From an uncultured euryarchaeote (GTDB lineage: Archaea > Thermoplasmatota > Poseidoniia > Poseidoniales > Poseidoniaceae), in assembly GCA_964012565.1 (NCBI GenBank), contig CAXGTB010000001.1:1-34744 (forward strand): a stretch of 34,744 nucleotides of DNA. The letters run 5' to 3'. The notes under the pieces were generated by a model, which saw nothing but the letters and a program-made list of their open reading frames with translations, was not told where the DNA came from and made no database searches. Of this stretch, positions 17,192 through 24,870 are shown one piece after another. Positions within the stretch are counted from its first letter, which is position 1. Every line of letters begins with the position of its first letter. The translations under genes and the position numbers were made by a program.

Positions 17192-17551
17192 ATGGCAAAA
17201 CGAACACAGAAGGCTGGAGCAACCGGCCGTTTTGGTGCAAGATATGGTGTTAGCGTTCGACGTAATGCTGGCATGGCCATGAAGAAAAAATCAGCAAGGT
17301 ACACATGTCCGACATGCCAGTACCGCACAGTAAGACGCAAGTCTGTTGGCATCTGGCATTGTACTAAGTGTGGATACACATTTGCAGGTGGAGCCTGGGA
17401 ACCATTCACACGAGCATCTGATGCTAACAGTAGAATCGTTCGCCGAAATGCAGACGGTGCAACCACTGCAGATATGGCATACATCGCACAGCAAGCTGCT
17501 ATCGAATACGAGAGAGCAATGAATGCTGGAGAACTTGACGAAGAGGAGTGA
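17192..17551 (+). CDS. rpl37ae: 50S ribosomal protein L37Ae (eL43) with about 30-aa acidic C-terminal extension
   Basis: MAKRTQKAGATGRFGARYG. Zn-ribbon YTCPTCQ...WHCTKCGYTFAGGAW. Extra tail ...AAIEYERAMNAGELDEEE. Confidence 0.88.
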   Translation: MAKRTQKAGATGRFGARYGVSVRRNAGMAMKKKSARYTCPTCQYRTVRRKSVGIWHCTKCGYTFAGGAWEPFTRASDANSRIVRRNADGATTADMAYIAQQAAIEYERAMNAGELDEEE

Positions 17552-17763
17552 TTGTATTGTGGTCTGTCCGCCTTTCGGTGGAGTCCCCGCATGCCAAATC
17601 ATTGGCATCTAGTCTTGTCAGTGAAGAAGACGTTATAGTAAACGAAAATAATTTCACATTTGTTCTAAATGAATCTAGGGCTAAAGATGCTAGAGCAATG
17701 TGGAATACAAGAATGAGGTCGCTGGTGATAGCAAGCAAGGTTATCGAAGTGATGGATTCTTGA
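17548..17763 (+). CDS. pcc1: KEOPS complex subunit Pcc1
   Basis: The C-terminal half, ESRAKDARAMWNTRMRSLVIASKVIEV, matches the Pcc1 pattern (A.D..ALR..vNS.LRwi..a..viEv). GTG start overlaps the rpl37ae stop (GTGA). The position upstream of prefoldin beta is canonical. Confidence 0.7.
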   Translation: MIVLWSVRLSVESPHAKSLASSLVSEEDVIVNENNFTFVLNESRAKDARAMWNTRMRSLVIASKVIEVMDS

Positions 17764-17787
17764 ACCCCCAATACCTGAGGTGAAACA

Positions 17788-18096
17788 ATGGAGTCAGCAC
17801 AACAACTGCAAATGGTCGTCGCAGAGGTACAAGCAGCAAGGCAACAAGTAGCCTCTCTCAATGCACAAGTTCGTGAATTAGAGGGAACTATTGCTGCTGT
17901 AAATAACCAACCAGATGACATGGCATTACATCGACAAATGGGGACAATTCTTGTGGAAGTAAAAGACAGAGTACAATTGTTATCTGACTTAGAAATGACT
18001 CTCAAACAAATGAAAGCCGCTGTTGAAACAATGGCAAATCGTGAATCTGAACTTGTGGCAACTTATGAGAAGCTTAAGCAATCTCTTGAGGGATGA
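17788..18096 (+). CDS. pfdB: Prefoldin subunit beta
   Basis: 102-aa coiled coil - beta hairpin - coiled coil (QQLQMVVAEVQAARQQV...MGTILVEV...LKQMKAAVETMANRESEL). SD GAGGTGA at 17777-17783. Confidence 0.82.
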   Translation: MESAQQLQMVVAEVQAARQQVASLNAQVRELEGTIAAVNNQPDDMALHRQMGTILVEVKDRVQLLSDLEMTLKQMKAAVETMANRESELVATYEKLKQSLEG

Positions 18097-19070
18097 ATTT
18101 GCAAGAACTGGCGGATTGGATCTCTGCAGCAACCTCTAATGGTGCTGTTCCAGTTCTCGCAGGAAGAAATGGTGACATGGATACTATCGGATCATCCATT
18201 GCTCTAGCATCTTCAAATCCAAAATTAATCGCATGTGGCTTGCACATTGGCAAACTAGCAAAACGACTCTGTACAGAATTAGATGCCCCATTTCGAAAAT
18301 TAAGCAAAGAGCCAAATTGGCCAAAACAGATTGGTGGAATAATAATTGTAGATGCTGCATCAGAAACTCAAACTGGTGTAGAAATCCCAAAAGATGTACC
18401 AATATGTGTAATCGACCATCATGATACTTGTGACTGGACTTTCAAAGAAGGAGATTTAGAAATTCGAAACAATGCTCGTGCAACTACTCAAATCGTTTTC
18501 GAATACCTGAAAAATAATTCTCCAAATTCATTAAGCGATGAAGTACGTAAACTCTTACTTGCTGGACTAATAACAGATACTGGTCGATTTAAACATGCTG
18601 ACAAAGAATCCTTACAATGCGCATCAATGCTTCTCGAGGGTGCAGGATTCGAATACCAAGAATTTGTTGAACATATACAATCAGAGGAAATTAATGCTAG
18701 TGAACGTGGTGCTATCTTGAAAGCTCTTTCTAGGTGCCAATCAACAGAATGCGGCAAATGGAATTTAGTTCACACACATGCAGGGATACATGAAGGGAAA
18801 GTAGCCGGAATAATTATCCAAACAGGGGCTGAAGTAGCATTAGTATCACGATTTAGAGATGGTGAAACAAGATTAACTGCCAGGGCACCTAGATCATCGA
18901 CACTATCAGGAATACATCTTGGTGAGATGATGAAAGACCTAGGAGAAAAAATAGGCGGAGAGGGTGGAGGTCACGACGGAGCCGCTGGATGGAGTGGTCG
19001 AAGCGATAGGATATCTGCTGAAACTGCATTCATCAATATTTTAGCTAATACGAGGAGGTCTGAGCATTAA
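18093..19070 (+). CDS. DHH/DHHA1-family phosphoesterase (NrnA-like nanoRNase / pAp phosphatase)
   Basis: DHH motifs GDMD, IIIVDAAS, VIDHHD and ITDTGRFKH. DHHA1 motif GGEGGGHDGAAG. ATGA overlaps the pfdB stop. Confidence 0.75.
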   Translation: MNLQELADWISAATSNGAVPVLAGRNGDMDTIGSSIALASSNPKLIACGLHIGKLAKRLCTELDAPFRKLSKEPNWPKQIGGIIIVDAASETQTGVEIPKDVPICVIDHHDTCDWTFKEGDLEIRNNARATTQIVFEYLKNNSPNSLSDEVRKLLLAGLITDTGRFKHADKESLQCASMLLEGAGFEYQEFVEHIQSEEINASERGAILKALSRCQSTECGKWNLVHTHAGIHEGKVAGIIIQTGAEVALVSRFRDGETRLTARAPRSSTLSGIHLGEMMKDLGEKIGGEGGGHDGAAGWSGRSDRISAETAFINILANTRRSEH

Positions 19071-19122
19071 TCCCGAAGAAATCATTCAAGCATACGAAAA
19101 TGGTGAACGTGATTTAGAACCA

Positions 19123-20097
19123 TTGCTGAAAAAAATCGGATGGAACAGTTGGCTTGGAGTCGCTGAATTAGGATTGGTATTGGGCAGCGACATCGTTGAA
19201 TTCTTGGAAGACAAATTGTCACCAGCTGAAACTAAAGTACTAGATTTGGTAAAGCAAAGACTGCAAGGTAATGTTAACATGGATTCTATAGAAGAGGCAT
19301 TACAAGTCGCAAGAACCCCTGAAACTAGAGATTTATCTTTGGAAGGTCGATTAAGAATGGAAAGGGGTTTAGTACATTTTGAAAATGGTCAGATTGAGGA
19401 TGCTAGAGACGACTTAACTTGGGCTGAAACAAGATTAAAGTCTGTTGCAAAAGCGAGTAGGGATCATGATATCTCTTTGCTAAACAAAGCTGCTTTTCAT
19501 CTTTCAATCGATGAACATATGATGGCATTACATGTACATGGAGAGATTTCCAGAAGTGCCGGTCATGCAAATGAAACAATAGCAATTTCAAGAATTCAAG
19601 CAGCACGAATACACTTGGCCTTCGGGCATATGTTTGATGCAGCAAGATGTTCATTCAATGCACATGCACATGCAATTATTGCGAAGCAAATGGAATTGGC
19701 TGTAGAATCAGGAGCTATATTTGTGGAAATTTCATCAGGATTTATCAATGATGAAGCAGACAAATTCGCTGACCAGATAATCGATGCTAAACCATTGTCT
19801 GCTGGTGAAAGCCAGCCTATTCTCCAAGTACATTCCGAGGATGTTAATGGAGTATTGGAATGGTGTATTGAAAATACTCAGAATGGTTATTCAGGTATCG
19901 AGAGACCCGATTTGCGTGCTTTAATGATGCTAGCAAAAAGGTTGGACAGAGGTGAGTTATTCGCAGATTTATTGTCCTCTCACGAGGAAGTTGAAGACGC
20001 TTTGCTGGCTGCACTGTGTGCATCAATTAGTGAAGGAGAAATTGCTAAAACTTGGACTGACAGAGTGACTGAAATAATGACACTGAGAGATGATTAG
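19123..20097 (+). CDS. Hypothetical alpha-helical repeat protein
   Basis: 324-codon ORF from TTG 19123. The frame is already open from 19045 and codes plausible sequence (INPEEIIQAYENGERDLEPL), so the true start is unresolved. No recognised family. Confidence 0.45.
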   Translation: MLKKIGWNSWLGVAELGLVLGSDIVEFLEDKLSPAETKVLDLVKQRLQGNVNMDSIEEALQVARTPETRDLSLEGRLRMERGLVHFENGQIEDARDDLTWAETRLKSVAKASRDHDISLLNKAAFHLSIDEHMMALHVHGEISRSAGHANETIAISRIQAARIHLAFGHMFDAARCSFNAHAHAIIAKQMELAVESGAIFVEISSGFINDEADKFADQIIDAKPLSAGESQPILQVHSEDVNGVLEWCIENTQNGYSGIERPDLRALMMLAKRLDRGELFADLLSSHEEVEDALLAALCASISEGEIAKTWTDRVTEIMTLRDD

Positions 20098-21071
20098 AGC
20101 ATTGATTGCGCTTTAGTCATCCATTCCTCAGCCCATTCTTCTCCAGAGGTAAACAAAGACCTTGCTAAGAAGAATGCTTCTGCTGCTTCACCTGCTTCAA
20201 TCAAATCTTCCAAACGTTTCAATTCAGAATTTGATTCAATAATCTCATCTTCATCTTCTTCAACTACAGGCACTGCTGAAACTGATTGAGAAAGGAGTTG
20301 CATTCTTTCCAAAAAATCTGCACGTGTTTCAAGAGAAGGACCGCTCCAGGGAACTGATTCTTCACCATCCATCGCTCTCTTCAACCGGTCTAGGAATAAA
20401 TCTCGTACTTCTTCAGTAGGGCGTATTTGCTGCACATGGTCATAGCACAACCATGCTTGATCGATTTCATTACGGCGCTCATGCAGCCTACCTAACTCCA
20501 TCCATAATTCATGATTTGCAGGCCTGTGGGCTAACAGATGGTGCACTAAATCGATGAACATATCTTCGTAACCAGCACTTCGAATTCTCTCCAATCTTCG
20601 TCCATATACAATATTTGCACGTTGGTCTGAAAAATCAAGACCTTTACATCTTAATGAAAAATTATTCAATCCTTCTTGATCGAGTTTTTCAAACCAATTT
20701 TCTGGTTCCAGTGAGTCGGTTAGAAATGCTGCTTCTAATAGTTCCAAACCCAATTCGAGATGATCAATATCCTTTAGTTGATTCAATTGATTGGGATCTC
20801 TTCCCAATACAACAAACAAATCTTCCAAGACTAAAGCCAACCCTGAGCCGTCATTTCTCATGTGCTTTATTTCCGCTAAACATCGCCAATTTCTCTCATC
20901 TGTAAAATCGTAAAGCACTGCTTGTTGTGCATTTTGTTCAGCCCAAGCCAAATTTTCATCCTGCCTATCAGGATCTTTTCTAGATAACTTGACAAAACGA
21001 TCTGCTTGGGAGCGATGTCTACTTCCTAGGTTCCTACGTGGATGCTGTAGAATGGAAGCACTATCCATCAT
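20094..21071 (-). CDS. Hypothetical TPR-like helical repeat protein
   Basis: 325-aa ORF. A TPR-like unit is present (ANHELWMELGRLHERRNEIDQAWLCYDHVQQIRP), and the C-terminal segment is acidic. It overlaps the preceding convergent ORF by 4 bp. Confidence 0.5.
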   Translation of the reverse strand: MMDSASILQHPRRNLGSRHRSQADRFVKLSRKDPDRQDENLAWAEQNAQQAVLYDFTDERNWRCLAEIKHMRNDGSGLALVLEDLFVVLGRDPNQLNQLKDIDHLELGLELLEAAFLTDSLEPENWFEKLDQEGLNNFSLRCKGLDFSDQRANIVYGRRLERIRSAGYEDMFIDLVHHLLAHRPANHELWMELGRLHERRNEIDQAWLCYDHVQQIRPTEEVRDLFLDRLKRAMDGEESVPWSGPSLETRADFLERMQLLSQSVSAVPVVEEDEDEIIESNSELKRLEDLIEAGEAAEAFFLARSLFTSGEEWAEEWMTKAQSML

Positions 21072-21077
21072 ATCAAC

Positions 21078-22343
21078 TCACTGAACAGACATAAAACCTG
21101 ATCGGTCATAACCCCATGGTATGGTTGCATCGATACCAATTTTTGCGGTATTTCCGTCATTAAGTCGTGACGGATCGAGGCTAGAACCCTTTTGATTTGA
21201 GAGAATGATTGAGTCTGTATCAGGTTGCCATCTTGTCATCATTGCCCATTCAACTCTAACAGGGTCGGTAATGTCAATATCTTCGTCAACTATTGTTACC
21301 ATCTTCATCGAGCGATGACCATCTAAAGCAGCTTGAATTGCTCTTTTTCCATCACCCTCTTTCTTCACTTTGATTTTGACTACTGCTGCAAGCCAGCCAC
21401 CGCCCCCTTCAGTCATGTGAACATCTAGACATTCACAGACTTCACTAACTGCAGATTTGATTGTTGGTGCCCTAGGTAAACCCATCAGGGTTTTGTGTTC
21501 TGCCTCTGCAGGGATTAATGCGTGAAAAATCGGGTTTGAACGATGGGTAATTCCATCGATTTCTATTACTGGCTCCTGGCGAATGTCATCGACAGTTCCT
21601 GTAATATCCACATATGGGCCTTCATCGTCATTTTCTGTAGTAACTCTTCCCCACATGGCGTATTCAGCATTTGCAGGGACTTGAATTCCGTTTGGTAATG
21701 TCACTAATTCCAAGGGACTGCCATGCACTTTTTCATGAAGTGCCGAAGCGATAGTTAATTCGTCAATATTTGTATCAAATGACATTGCTGCAGCCAGTAA
21801 AACGACTGGATCAGGGGCGTTAATTATTGCTACTTTTACTGAATCCCCTACAGATCTTGCCTCTTTTGTCATCGAATGTAGATGGCGAGGAACAATTCTA
21901 GCCACGAGATGATTATCATCTCTGAGTAGTTGTCTATGAAATGACATGTTTCTGATACCACCATATTCGGCAATAATTACGCTAGATGACATATATCTTC
22001 CACGATCTTCTCTCCAGTGATGAGGAATTGGCAATTTGGTCAATTCGGGTTTATTTTGGACATTTTCTAGGACCGGCCCAAATTCCACAATTTTTGGTTC
22101 TCTTGGATTTTCCATGGCCCACCCGAGTAGGTCAATAAAGTCCTCCGGCTCAATAGATAATGCTGCACATAATCGCGGCCTAGTAAGTAGATTAACTGCG
22201 ATTTTATGACCAGGTGTCTCAACAAGGTTTTCGAATACCAACAAGTCATGTCCTGTCGACTTGGACTTGTCAAAAACCCCATGCAGTATGCTTGTTGGCT
22301 CGTCTATAATTGAAGCCGCACCTAGCAGATCACGGAATGCCAT
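21078..22343 (-). CDS. UbiD-family (prenyl-FMN dependent) decarboxylase; candidate anhydromevalonate-phosphate decarboxylase
   Basis: About 420 aa with overall UbiD-like organisation: MAFRDLL... N-terminus, EYGGIRNMSFHRQ, VDITGTVD and GGGGWLAAVVKI segments. Start set to ATG 22343. The specific substrate is inference. Confidence 0.65.
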   Translation of the reverse strand: MAFRDLLGAASIIDEPTSILHGVFDKSKSTGHDLLVFENLVETPGHKIAVNLLTRPRLCAALSIEPEDFIDLLGWAMENPREPKIVEFGPVLENVQNKPELTKLPIPHHWREDRGRYMSSSVIIAEYGGIRNMSFHRQLLRDDNHLVARIVPRHLHSMTKEARSVGDSVKVAIINAPDPVVLLAAAMSFDTNIDELTIASALHEKVHGSPLELVTLPNGIQVPANAEYAMWGRVTTENDDEGPYVDITGTVDDIRQEPVIEIDGITHRSNPIFHALIPAEAEHKTLMGLPRAPTIKSAVSEVCECLDVHMTEGGGGWLAAVVKIKVKKEGDGKRAIQAALDGHRSMKMVTIVDEDIDITDPVRVEWAMMTRWQPDTDSIILSNQKGSSLDPSRLNDGNTAKIGIDATIPWGYDRSGFMSVQ

Positions 22344-22483
22344 TGCGCCTTCCTGTAGGATTAAAGCCAAGAACATTGGCCTATACTTTTGGCTGTGAGT
22401 GCATCATTTGATGGATACTTTTCAATCGGCATCATGAAATAGGGGGGGTAGGTCGGCAAGTTGCTTCTCTGGAGAGTTTAGAT

Positions 22484-22912
22484 ATGGGTCGTGGGTTGTT
22501 CGCAGGAACTAAGATGGCAAAAGACCGCCAAAAGTTTAGATGGTCTGATCGAAGATACAAGAAGCGTATGCTCAAGTCTAGAGCTAAGCACGACCCACTT
22601 GCAGGTTCAACACAAGCCAAGGGTATCGTTATCGAAAAAGTTGGTATCGAGGCTAAGCAACCTAACTCCGGAATTAGAAAGGCTGTGAAGATTTCACTAA
22701 TCAAGAACGGCAACAAATTAACAGCATTCGCACCAGGTGATGGTGCGATTAACTTCATCGATGAGCACGATGAAGTAATGGTAGAAGGTATCGGTGGACG
22801 CATGGGTCGTTCATACGGAGATATTCCAGGAGTCCGCTACAAGGTGATCCAAGTCAACGGCGTTTCATTAGATGAAATGGTACGTGGACGAAAAGAGAAG
22901 CCAGTTCGATGA
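22484..22912 (+). CDS. rps12: 30S ribosomal protein S12 (uS12)
   Basis: [12 protein letters not shown]...[50 protein letters not shown]...[18 protein letters not shown]. Confidence 0.92.
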   Translation: MGRGLFAGTKMAKDRQKFRWSDRRYKKRMLKSRAKHDPLAGSTQAKGIVIEKVGIEAKQPNSGIRKAVKISLIKNGNKLTAFAPGDGAINFIDEHDEVMVEGIGGRMGRSYGDIPGVRYKVIQVNGVSLDEMVRGRKEKPVR

Positions 22913-22927
22913 GATGGAGTGATTGTG

Positions 22928-23557
22928 ATGAGTGATGAAGTCGAAACACAAGAGGAAGAAACACCCGTCGAAGAATCCAAGCCTATTGCTGGGATTGGAA
23001 CTCTGGTTTTTGGAAAATATGACGCAGCAGAAGTCGTCTGCCGTGATCCAGGATTAGCACCTTACATCAATCTCTCAACAGTTGGAGTACCTCACACAGG
23101 TGGACGTCATGCCAATGCATGGTTCGGAAAAGCAAAGCTATCCGTTGTCGAGAGATTCACAAACAAACTAATGCGAACTGGAAAGTACACTGGTAAGAAA
23201 ATGGGCGCTCTAAAGGCATTCGAAAATGCATTAGACTCAATCGCTGAAAGAAGTGGAGAAAACCCACTTCAAGCATTCGTAGATGCAATTTGCCACGCTG
23301 CTCCAATGGAAGAAATCACTCGTATCAAATTCGGGGCAGTTTCACAACCGAAGGCAGTCGATAGTTCTCCTTCTCGAAGACTTGATGTTGCTCTAGCAAA
23401 CCTTGCAAAAGGGGCACAACAAGGAACATCCAAGTCTAAACGTACCTTGACACAATGTATCATCAATGAGCTTACAAAAGCAAGCGTTGGTGATGTAACT
23501 TCATTCGCTGTCTCAAAGAAAGAAGAAGTTCAACGTATCGCAGCAAGCGCAAGATGA
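22928..23557 (+). CDS. rps7: 30S ribosomal protein S7 (uS7) with acidic N-terminal extension
   Basis: LVFGKYD...VERFTNKLMRTGKYTGKK...ITRIKFGAV...RRLDVALANLAKGA. ATG 22928 is preferred over GTG 22919. Confidence 0.9.
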   Translation: MSDEVETQEEETPVEESKPIAGIGTLVFGKYDAAEVVCRDPGLAPYINLSTVGVPHTGGRHANAWFGKAKLSVVERFTNKLMRTGKYTGKKMGALKAFENALDSIAERSGENPLQAFVDAICHAAPMEEITRIKFGAVSQPKAVDSSPSRRLDVALANLAKGAQQGTSKSKRTLTQCIINELTKASVGDVTSFAVSKKEEVQRIAASAR

Positions 23558-23626
23558 TTTTCAAATCAAAGATTTGGCGACCACCTAGCCCCAACAGTCA
23601 ATAACGTTACTCAGTGCGAACCCGTT

Positions 23627-24775
23627 ATGAGTGAGGAGCCACCATACCGAATTAACTGGTTAAATTCTGTGTTCTTAATTGTGACACCAATCTTGGCGAT
23701 AGCAGGAATTATCGGCCACTGGTCTTATTTTGGGCATCCTGGTCTAATTGAATTTTTTGTATTCCTATCGTTTTATTACGCCTGTGGATTGTCAATAACT
23801 GTAGGATATCACAGATTATTCTCACATCGTTCGCACAAAGCTAAATGGCCCCTAGTCCTATTTTACTCGTTTTTCGGAGCGGGTTCGTTTCAAAATTCGA
23901 TACTAGAATGGAGTTCAGATCATAGAAGACATCACAAAATGACCGATTCGGATGAAGACCCATACAGTGCCTCGAAGGGTTTCTGGTATTCCCACATGGG
24001 ATGGATATTGATTGAGGAAGAGAAGTTCGCAAATGATTTTTCAAATGTGAAAGACCTGCAGCAAAGCAAAATAATAATGTGGCAACACAGAAATATTTTC
24101 CTTATAGGTGCTATTTCTGGCTTCCTTTTACCCGCTTTAATTGGATTTCTTTTCGGAGGTATTTCTGCGGCAATAGGTTGTTTCGTCTGGGGTGGACTTG
24201 CAAGAATTGTATTCGTACATCACGGGACATTCTTGATCAATAGTGCTGCTCACATTTGGGGAACTCAACCATATTCTGAAAAGGATTCAAGCCGCGATTC
24301 ATTCTGGTTAGCATTCTTAACGTTCGGTGAAGGATATCATAACTTCCACCACACATTCCAAACCGACTACAGAAATGGACACAAGTGGTACCATGTCGAC
24401 CCTAGCAAATGGTGGATTAAATTATTCAACTATGCGGGATTAAACACAAGGCTGAAATCCACACCAAAGCATTCTATTGAAGTAGCCAAGGTAAATATGC
24501 GCTTCAAAAAGTCTGCAAAGAAATTGAAGGCGAAAAACATCAGCACCAACTCATTCGAATCAAGGTTGACAAATTGCAGAGACAAACTAAGATCATGCCT
24601 TTATGAAATTCAAAAGGCGAAAAGGGAATTGAAGAGTAAAGCCTCTAAGTCGAAAGAGGCAATCAAGATTCGAATAAATGAAATGAAGATTTCTAGTAAG
24701 AAAATTAGAAACGATTTAAGGCAAATATTCAGAGAAATGAAATTTGAATACAAGTCTGCCAAGACGGCTGTATAA
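23627..24775 (+). CDS. Membrane Delta-9 fatty-acid (acyl-CoA/acyl-lipid) desaturase with Lys-rich helical C-terminal extension
   Basis: Three His boxes in Delta-9 (SCD/DesC) context: GYHRLFSH, HRRHHKMTDSDEDPYS, and NSAAHIWGTQPY...GEGYHNFHHTFQTDY. Hydrophobic hairpins flank them. The last ~100 aa are K/R/E-rich. Confidence 0.85.
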   Translation: MSEEPPYRINWLNSVFLIVTPILAIAGIIGHWSYFGHPGLIEFFVFLSFYYACGLSITVGYHRLFSHRSHKAKWPLVLFYSFFGAGSFQNSILEWSSDHRRHHKMTDSDEDPYSASKGFWYSHMGWILIEEEKFANDFSNVKDLQQSKIIMWQHRNIFLIGAISGFLLPALIGFLFGGISAAIGCFVWGGLARIVFVHHGTFLINSAAHIWGTQPYSEKDSSRDSFWLAFLTFGEGYHNFHHTFQTDYRNGHKWYHVDPSKWWIKLFNYAGLNTRLKSTPKHSIEVAKVNMRFKKSAKKLKAKNISTNSFESRLTNCRDKLRSCLYEIQKAKRELKSKASKSKEAIKIRINEMKISSKKIRNDLRQIFREMKFEYKSAKTAV

Positions 24776-24858
24776 TCAGCACACAGCACCCGATTTACAA
24801 CTAAACTTTGTAGTCGATTTGATAAACCCCTTTAAGGTGGCGAGGACAGACGAGAGTC

Positions 24859-24864
24859 AGGTGA
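24859..24864 (+). promoter_or_regulatory. SD (AGGTGA) for the EF-2 gene
   Basis: tcAGGTGAttcaccATG, 6-nt spacing. An A/T-rich ctttaagg element about 30 nt further upstream could be a TATA box, which would give EF-2 its own promoter downstream of the desaturase. Confidence 0.5.
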
Positions 24865-24870
24865 TTCACC

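Noticed and set aside
17176-18005. Long minus-strand ORFs (17176-17592, 17291-17608, 17499-18005) antisense to rpl37ae, pcc1 and pfdB.
   Set aside because: They lie entirely opposite well-supported conserved genes. Their composition is low-complexity Cys/Ser/Ala-rich, as expected of shadow frames, and they carry no recognisable motifs.
22377-22483. Largest intergenic spacer (107 bp, includes a G7 run). I checked it for a tRNA or other small RNA.
   Set aside because: It is too short and lacks cloverleaf-compatible complementarity. It is most simply the divergent promoter region for the ubiD-like gene and rps12.
22432-22803. 123-aa minus-strand ORF and 65-aa plus-strand ORF (22491-22688) overlapping rps12.
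   Set aside because: The uS12 frame is unambiguous, and the alternative frames have no family resemblance.
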